Below are positions 30,898 to 40,229 of a DNA stretch of 64,000 nucleotides, piece by piece; positions within the stretch are counted from its first letter, which is position 1; each line of letters starts with the position of its first letter. The notes under the pieces are model-generated. The model searched no databases. It was given only the letters and a program-made list of their open reading frames with translations, and was not told the DNA's origin. Both the position numbers and the translations under genes were made by a program. Source of the stretch: Prevotella sp. (lineage in GTDB: Bacteria; Bacteroidota; Bacteroidia; Bacteroidales; Bacteroidaceae); the NCBI GenBank assembly GCA_017447515.1, contig JAFSNG010000042.1, forward strand, positions 7,186-71,185. Reading direction: 5' to 3'.

Positions 30898-33690
30898 ATG
30901 AAACGAACAGCAATATTTTCCGCTGTCTTGGCAATGACGCTGGGCAGCATGGCACAAAATCCGTTTGTGCAGACCTGGTGTACCAGTGACCCGGCTCCGA
31001 TGGTCCACGACGGGACAATGTACGTCTATACGGGTCACGACGAAGACAATGCCGACTTTTTCTGGATGCAGGAGTGGCGCGTATATTCCACACAGGACAT
31101 GGTGAACTGGCAGGACCACGGGTCGCCACTGGCTTTGGAAAGCTTTTCCTGGGCCGACGACCGTGCGTGGGCTTCGCAGTGTGTTGAGCGCGACGGCAAA
31201 TTCTTCTGGTACATCTGCGCCCATTCGAAGCTTTCGAACGGCATGGCCATCGGTGTTGCCGTTGGTGACAGCCCTACAGGTCCGTTCCGTGATGCAATAG
31301 GAAAACCGCTGTTCGAGAACGGCAGCTGGGACCATATCGACCCCACTGTTTTGATTGACGACGACGGACAGGCGTGGCTGATGTGGGGTAATCCGCAGTG
31401 CTACTACCTGAAGCTGAACCGCGACATGATATCGTACAGCGGCGAACTGGGCAAGCTCGATATGACGGAGGAGGCCTTTGGCGCTCCCATCATGAGCAAG
31501 CGTGAGAAGGGCAAGCAGTACAAGGATTCATATGTCGAGGGTCCCTGGCTGAGGAAAGTTGACAGTTCAAAGTTCAAAGTTGAAAGTTCAAAGGTTTACC
31601 AGTTGCTGTATGCTGCCGGTGGTGTGCCCGAGCATATCTCTTACAGCACGGCACCGTCGCCCACAGGTCCTTGGAAGTATGCTGGCGAGATTATGCCGCT
31701 GTGCGACACGAAGTCGTTTACGAACCACTGCGGTGTGGCTGACTATAAGGGTCACAGCTACTTCTTCTACCACACTGGCAAATTGCCCAACGGTGGCGGT
31801 TTCGGACGCAGCGTAGCCGTTGAGGAATTCAAATACAATGCGGATGGTTCCTTCCCCACCATCATGCCTACTGACGAGGGTGTGAAGCCCGTTGCCAAGT
31901 TCGATCCCTATCGCAAGGTGGAGGCTGAGACGATGGCGTTCTCGAAGGGCATCAAGACTGAACAATTCGCAACGCCACACTCTGACCATGGGTCAGAGAA
32001 CGACGAGGTGGGTGTCTATGTGACTGATATCCACAACGGCGACTACATCAAACTGCAGGCTGTGCATCTCTGCTACAAGACCCCACGAACCTTTACGGCC
32101 CGAGTAGCCAGTGGATTACGTGGCGGACAGATTGAAATCCGTTTGGATAGCGTCGGAGGAAAACTCCTCGGCACGGTGGACGTTCCTGGCACTGGCGGTT
32201 GGGAGAAGTGGCAGACCATCACCACCGATTTGGCAGAACTCGACAGCTATCCCTCCCGTCTGCACACCCGTGACCTCTACCTCGTGTTCAAAGGCCGCAA
32301 GGGTCCGAAGTTGTTTAATTTCGACTGGTGGGAGATGCGCGGCATAGAGCAGGTAAACATGCCGCTGTTCCAGACCAAATACACTGCCGATCCCTCACCG
32401 CTGGTCATTGGCGACACGCTGTTCCTCTATACCTCACACGACGCCTCGCCTGAGGATATTCCCGACGAGAACGAGAAAGGCTCTGCAGGTTTCTTCATGT
32501 ACGACTGGCTGCTGTGGTCAACCACCGATATGGTGAACTGGACAGAACATGGTGCTGTGGCTTCGCTGAAGGACTTCCCTTGGCGCAGTCGCGAGAATGG
32601 CGCCTGGGCCATTCAGACGGTAGAGCGCAACGGCAAGTACTATCTTTACGCTCCCTTGCACGGACATGGTATCGGCGTGTTGGAAGCAGATTCGCCCTAC
32701 GGTCCCTTCAAGGATCCTCTGGGCAAGCCGCTCGTTTGGGACCAGAGCAACTGGTACGACATTGACCCCAGCGTCTATACCGACGACGACGGGCAGGCCT
32801 ATATGTATTGGGGCAATCCCCACACTTTCTGGGCCAAGCTTGGCAACGACATGATCTCGCTGACGAGTGGTGTTACCAAACTCCCGCATATCCCCAACTA
32901 CCAGGAAGGTCCTTGGTTCTACAAGCGCAACGGGCACTACTACCTCGGTTTTGCCTCGACCTGTTGTCCTGAGGCTTTAGGCTATGCCATGAGCAACTCG
33001 CCCACAGGCCCCTGGGAGTGGAAAGGCTACATCATGCGTCCCACCCAGCGCGACCGCGGCAACCATCCTGGCATCTGCGACTTCAAAGGCCATTCGTATG
33101 TGTTTGGTCAGAACTACGACCTGATGCACCTCGACACCTACGTTCACCACGAGCGTCGCAGTGTCTCTGCTACGGAGATTACCTACAATGCCGACGGTAC
33201 CATCCAGGAGGTTCCCTACTGGCTCGACCAGCAACCCATGAAACAGCTGCACTGGCTGAACCCCTACCAGCGCGTAGAGGCCGAGACCATGAATTGGGGC
33301 TACGGGCTGAAGTCGTCGAAGATGGGCATCCAGAATACGGGTGTCGTGAAGGATATGCCGGAATCTACTGGCAAACGCAATATGTATATCTATGACATCA
33401 ACGACGGCGAATATATCCGTCTGCGTGGTGTCGACTTCGGCAGCAAGGGTGCCAAGCAGTTCAGCATCATCGCCGCTGCTGCCGCACAAGCTGGCTGTAC
33501 CATTACCCTGATGCTCGACAGCGTGAAGGGCGACGTCATTGGTACTGCAACCATCAAGAGCACTGGCTCGGTGGACAAGTACAAGGCTTTCTCGACGAAG
33601 GTCACTGGTGCTACAGGCGTTCATGACCTCTACATCTGTTTCAGCAAGGCTCAGGGCGACGTCCGTCTCGATTATTGGCAATTCAAGTAA
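30898..33690 (+). CDS. tandem GH43-CBM6-GH43-CBM6 hydrolase
   Basis: Two GH43 modules (SDPAPMV/ADPSPLV, IDP, EGPW, NH), each followed by a VEAET...D(W/Y)W CBM6-like module. Confidence 0.88.
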   Translation: MKRTAIFSAVLAMTLGSMAQNPFVQTWCTSDPAPMVHDGTMYVYTGHDEDNADFFWMQEWRVYSTQDMVNWQDHGSPLALESFSWADDRAWASQCVERDGKFFWYICAHSKLSNGMAIGVAVGDSPTGPFRDAIGKPLFENGSWDHIDPTVLIDDDGQAWLMWGNPQCYYLKLNRDMISYSGELGKLDMTEEAFGAPIMSKREKGKQYKDSYVEGPWLRKVDSSKFKVESSKVYQLLYAAGGVPEHISYSTAPSPTGPWKYAGEIMPLCDTKSFTNHCGVADYKGHSYFFYHTGKLPNGGGFGRSVAVEEFKYNADGSFPTIMPTDEGVKPVAKFDPYRKVEAETMAFSKGIKTEQFATPHSDHGSENDEVGVYVTDIHNGDYIKLQAVHLCYKTPRTFTARVASGLRGGQIEIRLDSVGGKLLGTVDVPGTGGWEKWQTITTDLAELDSYPSRLHTRDLYLVFKGRKGPKLFNFDWWEMRGIEQVNMPLFQTKYTADPSPLVIGDTLFLYTSHDASPEDIPDENEKGSAGFFMYDWLLWSTTDMVNWTEHGAVASLKDFPWRSRENGAWAIQTVERNGKYYLYAPLHGHGIGVLEADSPYGPFKDPLGKPLVWDQSNWYDIDPSVYTDDDGQAYMYWGNPHTFWAKLGNDMISLTSGVTKLPHIPNYQEGPWFYKRNGHYYLGFASTCCPEALGYAMSNSPTGPWEWKGYIMRPTQRDRGNHPGICDFKGHSYVFGQNYDLMHLDTYVHHERRSVSATEITYNADGTIQEVPYWLDQQPMKQLHWLNPYQRVEAETMNWGYGLKSSKMGIQNTGVVKDMPESTGKRNMYIYDINDGEYIRLRGVDFGSKGAKQFSIIAAAAAQAGCTITLMLDSVKGDVIGTATIKSTGSVDKYKAFSTKVTGATGVHDLYICFSKAQGDVRLDYWQFK
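31555..31596 (+). repeat. in-frame heptamer tract (AAAGTTS)~6 inside GH43
   Basis: Encodes KVDSSKFKVESSKV. Confidence 0.85.
31965..32000 (+). repeat. mini hairpin element, copy B (in-frame in CDS)
   Basis: ATTCGCAACGCCACACTCT-GACCATGGGTC-AGAGAA, encodes FATPHSDHGSE. Confidence 0.8.
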
Positions 33691-33698
33691 TTAAAAAT

Positions 33699-35801
33699 AT
33701 GAACAAAACTTTATTATCAACTATGGGGTTGTGCCTGGCAGCAGTTGCTGCTATGGCACAGAACCCTGTCATCCGTGACCAATATGCTGCCGATCCTACG
33801 GCGCGCGTATTCAACGGTAAGGTGTATTTGTATCCGTCGCACGACATCTTCCCTCCCGAGGGACAGCGACAGGATTGGTTTTGCATGGAGGACTACCACG
33901 TGTTCTCCTCCGAGAATCTGACGGACTGGACTGATCACGGCGTGATCGTCACCCAGAACAAAGTACCCTGGGTGCGTCCTGACTCTTATTCGATGTGGGC
34001 ACCTGACTGCGTCGAGAAAAACGGAAAATACTACTTCTATTTCCCCTCTGCACCCAAGGACGGCAGGGGCTTTGGCATCGGTGTTGCTATCGCCGACAGT
34101 CCCGAGGGGCCGTTCGTTCCTGAGCCTGAGAACATCAAGGGCATCAACGGTATCGATCCCTGTGTGCTTCAGGCTTCCGACGGCAATGCCTACATCTTCT
34201 GGGGAGCAGGTCGTTGTGCCAAGCTCAAGCCCAACATGAAGGAACTGGCCGACGACACGCCAAAGGAAAAAGTGAAATGGGGCGACCGTGAGTTTGAGAT
34301 GTATGGTGTCAACTGTCTGAAAGACCTGCCAAGTCGTCAGGCGGAAGGTCCCTTTGCCTTCGAATACAACGGCAACTACTACCTGACCTATCCGTATGTC
34401 AGGGAGAATACCGAAGTGCTGGGTTATGCCATGAGTAAGAATCCCATGGGTCCTTACGAGTACAAGGGTCTGATTATGGCAGAGCAACCTAACGGTTGTT
34501 GGACCAACCATCACAGCATCATCAATTACAAGGGCCAGTGGTATCTGTTCTATCACCACAACTACTTCTCACCCAGTGACGACAAGCGCCGTTCGGCCTG
34601 CATCGAAAAGCTGTACTTCAATCCCGACGGCTCCATCCAGGAAGTGAAACAGACCATTCGTGGCGTGGGCATCAACAAGGCTACCGAGAAGATTGAGATT
34701 GACCGTTACAGCAGTGCAAGTGCCGATATAACTACCCAACTCATCGACACCATCAATCCCTTCCGCAGTTACGAGGCCACTCTGCCTGCAAAGAATAGCT
34801 GGCTGAAATATGACGATGTGGACTTCAGCTGCATCAAGGACGGCTATATGATTATCAATGTAAAGGCTGCTGACGATACCGAACTGTGCATTCGCGAAGG
34901 CAGTGCCAAGGGTAAGGTGATCGCTCGTGTAAAACTGGCGGTGAAGCCCGAGGAACCCGCTAACCCCATGATGGCTCGTTTCCGTCGTGACCTGCGCAAC
35001 CAGTGGCTCACGCAGTCCGTCAATCTGGAGTACACTCCGAAGGGTGTCGTCAACCTCGTCGTCACCAACGAGGGCAATGGTGAACTAAGTGTCAACTGGG
35101 TGCAGTTCAAGAATCGTCCTGACTACTTCACCCATGTAGATGCCAAGGCTCCGGCTGCCAAGCCTGACGACAACGGTTTCATCCGCCGCTGGATGCTCCT
35201 GGAACCTATCGACAAGCCTAACCCAGGCAACACGGTATTCACCGACAGCTATCTGCGCGAACATTTCAACCGCGAATACTTCAAGGGGCAGCAGACTATT
35301 CTGCCAAAGGACGGTCAGAAGGTAACCGCAGTCTTCCAGCAGGAACAGGCTCCTGTAGGTTTTGGCCGTGGTGCACAACAGCAGCCTGAAGGTCCGCAGG
35401 TGAAGACTGTCAAGCAGACGCTGACCTGGCACGCACTGGAAAGCAACATGTTCAACGTCAAGCTGTTCCGCTTCGCTGAGAAATGGGGAACAAAGGTCTA
35501 TGGCGTGCTCTTCTGGGCTGTCACCATCATTGACTGTGACGAGGACATAGAGAACGTCCGCCTGGCTGTAGGCTCTAACTCTGCCTCTATGTGGTGGCTC
35601 AATGGTGAGGAAGTCCTGCTGCTCTCTGGCGACCGCCGCATGGTGGAGGACGACGCCATGTCGCCACGTCTCAACCTGAAGAAAGGTCGTAACATCCTGC
35701 GCGGTGCCATCATCAACGGCCCGGGCATGAGCGACTTCTGTGTCCGATTCCTCGACGAGAAAGGTAACCCTGTAAAGAACTATTCAATCAAAGCACAATA
35801 A
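33699..35801 (+). CDS. GH43 + CBM6-like + uncharacterised C-terminal beta-domain
   Basis: ADPTAR, MWAPD, IDP, EGP, TNHH; the C-terminal 200 aa (FIRRWMLLEP...WWLNGEE...LKKGRN) look PA14/CBM-like. Confidence 0.85.
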   Translation: MNKTLLSTMGLCLAAVAAMAQNPVIRDQYAADPTARVFNGKVYLYPSHDIFPPEGQRQDWFCMEDYHVFSSENLTDWTDHGVIVTQNKVPWVRPDSYSMWAPDCVEKNGKYYFYFPSAPKDGRGFGIGVAIADSPEGPFVPEPENIKGINGIDPCVLQASDGNAYIFWGAGRCAKLKPNMKELADDTPKEKVKWGDREFEMYGVNCLKDLPSRQAEGPFAFEYNGNYYLTYPYVRENTEVLGYAMSKNPMGPYEYKGLIMAEQPNGCWTNHHSIINYKGQWYLFYHHNYFSPSDDKRRSACIEKLYFNPDGSIQEVKQTIRGVGINKATEKIEIDRYSSASADITTQLIDTINPFRSYEATLPAKNSWLKYDDVDFSCIKDGYMIINVKAADDTELCIREGSAKGKVIARVKLAVKPEEPANPMMARFRRDLRNQWLTQSVNLEYTPKGVVNLVVTNEGNGELSVNWVQFKNRPDYFTHVDAKAPAAKPDDNGFIRRWMLLEPIDKPNPGNTVFTDSYLREHFNREYFKGQQTILPKDGQKVTAVFQQEQAPVGFGRGAQQQPEGPQVKTVKQTLTWHALESNMFNVKLFRFAEKWGTKVYGVLFWAVTIIDCDEDIENVRLAVGSNSASMWWLNGEEVLLLSGDRRMVEDDAMSPRLNLKKGRNILRGAIINGPGMSDFCVRFLDEKGNPVKNYSIKAQ

Positions 35802-35803
35802 CA

Positions 35804-37249
35804 ATGAAAAGACTACATAGCATTCTTGCAGCTCTGACTTTAGCCACAGCAGCAAACGCGCAAATCGGCGCTCCTTATATCCACGACCCCTCGACCCTCG
35901 CCGAGTGTGACGGTAAATGGTATACTTTCGGCACTGGTGGCGGAGGCCTCATTTCGGAAGACGGCTGGACATGGAACAGTGGTGCAGACCGTCCTGGTGG
36001 CGGTGCAGCCCCTGACATCATGAAAATCGGTGACCGTTACCTCTGCATCTATGGTGCCACTGGCGGTGGACTTGGCGGTGGTCACGCAGGCCGCATCCTC
36101 ACCATGTGGAACAAAACCCTCGACCCCAAGTCGCCCGACTTCAAATGGACGGAGGCAGTAGAGGTATGCGCCTCTGACGGCATGGAGGATCAGGACGCCA
36201 TCGACCCAGGCATGCTTCTGGATCCTACCACAGGTCGTCTGTGGGTTAGCTACGGCACTTATTTCGGCACCATTCGTCTCATCGAGCTCGACCCCAAGAC
36301 GGGATTCCGCGTCAGTGGCAATAAAGAGAAGGACATCGCCATCGACTGTGAGGCTTCTGACCTTATCTATAACGACGGATGGTATTATCTGCTCGGAACC
36401 CACGGCACTTGCTGCGACGGTGTCAACTCTACCTACAACATTGTTGTTGGCCGTTCGCGTAACGTCGAAGGCCCGTACCTCGACAATGTCGGTCGCGACA
36501 TGTTCCACGGTGGCGGCAAGATGGTGGTTGCAGCCGAGAAGCGCGCCTGCGGTGCCGGACACTTCGGACGCACCATTATTGACAAGGGTGTCGAAGTGAT
36601 GTCGTTCCACTGGGAAGCCGACTTCGAACTGAGTGGACGATCCACACTGGCCGTTCGTCCGATAGTATGGAAGAACGGCTGGCCTGTAGCAGGCGACAAT
36701 TTCAAGGGAGGCAATTGGGCGATTCTGAGCGAGCGTCGTGGCTATGCCCTCGAACTCACCGTCGATTTCGTTCGTATGCAGCAGCAGCGTCAGGGGTGGT
36801 TCAACCGCGACCAGATGCAGCAACCCGTCAAGCCTATCGCCAACCAGACACTGGCAGAGGTGATTGATACTTGGTCCAAAGGCGACATCCCTGCTCGCAT
36901 TGGCGATTACATGTACCGTCCTCACCAGCGTTGGACCATCACTCCTGTTGATGCCGCTGGTGGCTATCTCAGCAACCCCTACTTCAAGATTACCATCGAA
37001 GGTACTGATCGTGCACTCGCCGCTACCGCCAACAAGGAGGTAACCACCGTTCCGGCCTATACTGGCGCTGACGAGCAACTTTGGCGTATCGAGCAGCTTA
37101 CCGATGGCACCTACCGCATCATGCCGAAGGCTATCCCCGGCATTGCAGGTACCAATACCACGTATTGCCTCTACTCTGCTGGTGACTCCACGCCGACACT
37201 CGCTGTCTACGATTTCAACAGCGACAACAGCAAGTGGAACTTCAAGTAA
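35804..37249 (+). CDS. GH43 (arabinanase-like) with C-terminal ricin-type lectin repeats
   Basis: IHDPS, APD, AIDP, CEAS, GAGH; HQRW/QLW/SKW QxW-type repeats. Confidence 0.85.
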   Translation: MKRLHSILAALTLATAANAQIGAPYIHDPSTLAECDGKWYTFGTGGGGLISEDGWTWNSGADRPGGGAAPDIMKIGDRYLCIYGATGGGLGGGHAGRILTMWNKTLDPKSPDFKWTEAVEVCASDGMEDQDAIDPGMLLDPTTGRLWVSYGTYFGTIRLIELDPKTGFRVSGNKEKDIAIDCEASDLIYNDGWYYLLGTHGTCCDGVNSTYNIVVGRSRNVEGPYLDNVGRDMFHGGGKMVVAAEKRACGAGHFGRTIIDKGVEVMSFHWEADFELSGRSTLAVRPIVWKNGWPVAGDNFKGGNWAILSERRGYALELTVDFVRMQQQRQGWFNRDQMQQPVKPIANQTLAEVIDTWSKGDIPARIGDYMYRPHQRWTITPVDAAGGYLSNPYFKITIEGTDRALAATANKEVTTVPAYTGADEQLWRIEQLTDGTYRIMPKAIPGIAGTNTTYCLYSAGDSTPTLAVYDFNSDNSKWNFK

Positions 37250-37255
37250 GATGGT

Positions 37256-37786
37256 TCAACGGAATAACGTAAAATTCACGCTTCCGTACTGACGATGCTC
37301 CACGAAATGCGGATGATTTGAGAAGTCATAGTCCTTTCCGTGCTCCAGCACGAAAAGGGCTTCTTCTTTCAGTAGTTGACGTTCGAAAACGACGTCAGGC
37401 AACGTAGCCAATTCCTTCAGAGCATAAGGAGGATCGGCAAAGATGAAGTCGAACTGTTGCTTGCAAGACTTCAGAAACCGGAATACGTCACCACGAATGG
37501 GGATGCACGTCTGGTCGTTCAGCTTCTTCATGCAGTCCTGGATAAAACGGTGATGATCGCGATCCTGTTCTACGCTGATGACACGACTGCAACCGCGCGA
37601 CACCAGTTCGAGCGAGATGCTGCCCGTTCCGGAAAAGAGATCGAGGGCCTCAGCACCGTCGAAGTCGACATACTGCACGAGCACGTTGAAGATGTTTTCC
37701 TTGGCAAAGTCCGTCGTCGGACGGGCCTTGAACGTGCGCGGTATGTCGAAATGCCGACCCTTGTATTTTCCAGTAATGATACGCAT
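37256..37786 (-). CDS. rsmD: 16S rRNA m2G966 methyltransferase RsmD family
   Basis: MRIITGKYKGR, RPTTD, LDLFSGTG, FADPPY. Confidence 0.92.
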   Translation of the reverse strand: MRIITGKYKGRHFDIPRTFKARPTTDFAKENIFNVLVQYVDFDGAEALDLFSGTGSISLELVSRGCSRVISVEQDRDHHRFIQDCMKKLNDQTCIPIRGDVFRFLKSCKQQFDFIFADPPYALKELATLPDVVFERQLLKEEALFVLEHGKDYDFSNHPHFVEHRQYGSVNFTLFR

Positions 37787-37787
37787 C

Positions 37788-38570
37788 TTAACTCCTCATC
37801 AAATACATCAGCATCATGTCGTACGGCATACCCTCTATCTGCGTCACTGGCGCACGGTTGAACTCACCCGAGGGATTACCCACGAACACACGCTTCACAA
37901 ACTCCAGCAGGCGTTCCTTCAGTTGCTCCTTCTCAGGCATCATACCGCCCAAGTGCAACTCGTCGCTCTGCGGATTCAGTCCTAACTGTTTCCAAACCGA
38001 CAACAGGAAATACACCGCATCGTCCGTGGTTCCTACGTTGTAGACGTTCTGAAACTTGAAACGGTTCGGACCGAAACTGAACACCTCCAACTTCTTGTCG
38101 TGGAAATAACCATACAGTTTCTGGTGCTGCCCCGTAAAACTCTTTTGATACATGTGGCGCCACACACTCGACATCAGCGGCTGATAAGCAACCTGCGGAA
38201 AACGCTCGTGCAACACTTGATGCAAGTCTTTCTGCACGGCAAACACCGACACGACGTTCAGGTCGGGCAGAATTGTGTGCATCATCAACTGCGACTCCTG
38301 GCGCGTGAAAGCATGGCGATACAACTGCTCCTGCTCTTCCTCGCGAAACAGACTGACAGGTGTTATCAGCACCGCCGAATCCATCATCACCTGTACCTTA
38401 TTATAATCGTCCTGCAACAGCGCTACAGCCTTCAGGGCCTCACGCATATTGGCCGCCAACGAAATACCGCTGTTCAGCGGATAGCGCTCGAAAGAGACCT
38501 CCTGACCTTCAGTAGTCGACATCAGGATACTGTCGCGACTGATTCGTATGATAAGTCGTTGTCTGTTCAT
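37788..38570 (-). CDS. DUF3822 family protein
   Basis: ATG at 38570; DAVYFLLSVWKQLGL motif and position upstream of rsmD, as recalled for Bacteroidales. Confidence 0.75.
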   Translation of the reverse strand: MNRQRLIIRISRDSILMSTTEGQEVSFERYPLNSGISLAANMREALKAVALLQDDYNKVQVMMDSAVLITPVSLFREEEQEQLYRHAFTRQESQLMMHTILPDLNVVSVFAVQKDLHQVLHERFPQVAYQPLMSSVWRHMYQKSFTGQHQKLYGYFHDKKLEVFSFGPNRFKFQNVYNVGTTDDAVYFLLSVWKQLGLNPQSDELHLGGMMPEKEQLKERLLEFVKRVFVGNPSGEFNRAPVTQIEGMPYDMMLMYLMRS

Positions 38571-38572
38571 TG

Positions 38573-38662
38573 TTATTTCTCCATGATACTCAGCACACAC
38601 AGCACGGCTAATACCGCACAAACCAGTGCCAAGAGGATGTTTGTCTTCTGAATTTTCGTCAT
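38573..38662 (-). CDS. 29-aa single-TM small protein
   Basis: MTKIQKTNILLALVCAVLAVLCVLSIMEK, directly after a TATCTTTG -7 box and 2 nt before DUF3822. Confidence 0.55.
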   Translation of the reverse strand: MTKIQKTNILLALVCAVLAVLCVLSIMEK

Positions 38663-38759
38663 TTCGCCTGCAAAGATACAAAAAAAGTGCGGATAATCCG
38701 AAAAATCCCAAGCTTTTTTCGTAACTTTGCAGGCGAAGAAACTAAAACAACAAAAAAGT

Positions 38760-39614
38760 ATGGTAGAACTGAAGAACAACGAGCTGACCGTCAAGGTGGC
38801 TGAAAAGGGAGCAGAGCTCCAGAGTGTGAAAGACTGCGAGGGCAGAGAGTATATGTGGCAGGCAGGGGCTGAATGGCCGAGGCATTCGCCGATATTGTTC
38901 CCCATCGTATGTAGTGTAAATGACGACACGTATGTCGTTGACGGCAAGGAATACCACCTGCCTCGACATGGCTTTGCGCGCGATACGGATTTTACCGTCA
39001 TCAGCCAAACGGAGGATAAGGTAACGCTGGCACTGCACGAGTCGGAGGAGACACTGAAGGTATATCCCTTCTGTTTCAATCTGGCCATCACTTACAAACT
39101 GGACGGCAACAAGGTGCACGTCATCTGGCACGTGGAGAATACCGACACCCGCGAGATACACTTCCAGATTGGCGGTCATCCTGCGTTTAACATACCAGGC
39201 GGTAAGCTGGAGGGAACCATCAAGCTCGACAACGAGGAACCGATGGATTCCTTGCGTAGCTATGCCGACGGCTCTAACGACATGGTGGAAGTGGCGTTGG
39301 AAGCCGACATGGGTATCATGGAACTTTCCAACAACTTCTTCCGCAACGACTCGGTGAAGATTCACAAATGTCAGACGCACCGTGCAATGCTGATGGACAC
39401 CAATGGCGAACCAGCCGTGACGGTCGACTACAAGACGCCGGTAATCGCCTTCTGGAGTCCGTATGACAAGCACGCGCCCTTTGTGTGCATCGAGCCTTGG
39501 TACGGCCTGGGCGATCCGCGTGGCTGGAAGGGTGAATTCAAGGACAAGCCGCTGATGAATCACCTGCAGCCAGGAGCATCGTTTATGTCGAAATACACCA
39601 TCACCATTGGCTGA
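38760..39614 (+). CDS. aldose 1-epimerase family protein (LacX-like)
   Basis: GAELQS, SPILFP, RHGFAR, GGHPAF, FVCIEPW. Confidence 0.9.
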   Translation: MVELKNNELTVKVAEKGAELQSVKDCEGREYMWQAGAEWPRHSPILFPIVCSVNDDTYVVDGKEYHLPRHGFARDTDFTVISQTEDKVTLALHESEETLKVYPFCFNLAITYKLDGNKVHVIWHVENTDTREIHFQIGGHPAFNIPGGKLEGTIKLDNEEPMDSLRSYADGSNDMVEVALEADMGIMELSNNFFRNDSVKIHKCQTHRAMLMDTNGEPAVTVDYKTPVIAFWSPYDKHAPFVCIEPWYGLGDPRGWKGEFKDKPLMNHLQPGASFMSKYTITIG

Positions 39615-39617
39615 CCG

Positions 39618-40229
39618 ATGGATGTAACAACGGAAACGACCATCCTGCTGGTGCGACATGGCGAAACAGTGGACAACGCCCGCCAGATCATGCAGGGCCA
39701 GACGCAGGGTGAGCTGAACGAACGGGGAAGGGAACAGGCACGACAGGTGGCCGAACGGTTGGCTAAGGAACACGTGGATGCTGTCATTGCCAGCGATTTG
39801 CGGCGAGCTATACAGACGGCAGAGATTATCGCGAGACCTCATAGTCTACCCGTGGTGTCCACACCGCTATTACGTGAACGCGACTGGGGCGGATTTACGG
39901 GTCGCTACATCCCTGAACTGCGTGGTGAGGTGTGGCCCGACGATATTGAAAGCGAAGAAGCACTGCTGGAACGTGCCCGTCAGGTCCTTATATATATAAC
40001 GGCCACCTACCCAGGGAAGCGGGTGGTGGCCGTTGGTCACGGAATTATCAATAAAGCAATTATGGCTGTCTATGCGCAGTGTCCAATGAGGGAGGTACAG
40101 CGCATGATGAATGCTGAGGTGCGGGTATTAACGACGTCCGCCGAACGAGCGGCCTCCGCTACTGTGACCGCCGCCATGACTGCCACTGCTACTACTACGA
40201 CTGCCGCCACTGTGGCTTCCGCTGAATGA
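39618..40229 (+). CDS. histidine phosphatase (PGM superfamily)
   Basis: LVRHGET, SDLRRAIQTA, LRERDWG, VGHG. Confidence 0.9.
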   Translation: MDVTTETTILLVRHGETVDNARQIMQGQTQGELNERGREQARQVAERLAKEHVDAVIASDLRRAIQTAEIIARPHSLPVVSTPLLRERDWGGFTGRYIPELRGEVWPDDIESEEALLERARQVLIYITATYPGKRVVAVGHGIINKAIMAVYAQCPMREVQRMMNAEVRVLTTSAERAASATVTAAMTATATTTTAATVASAE

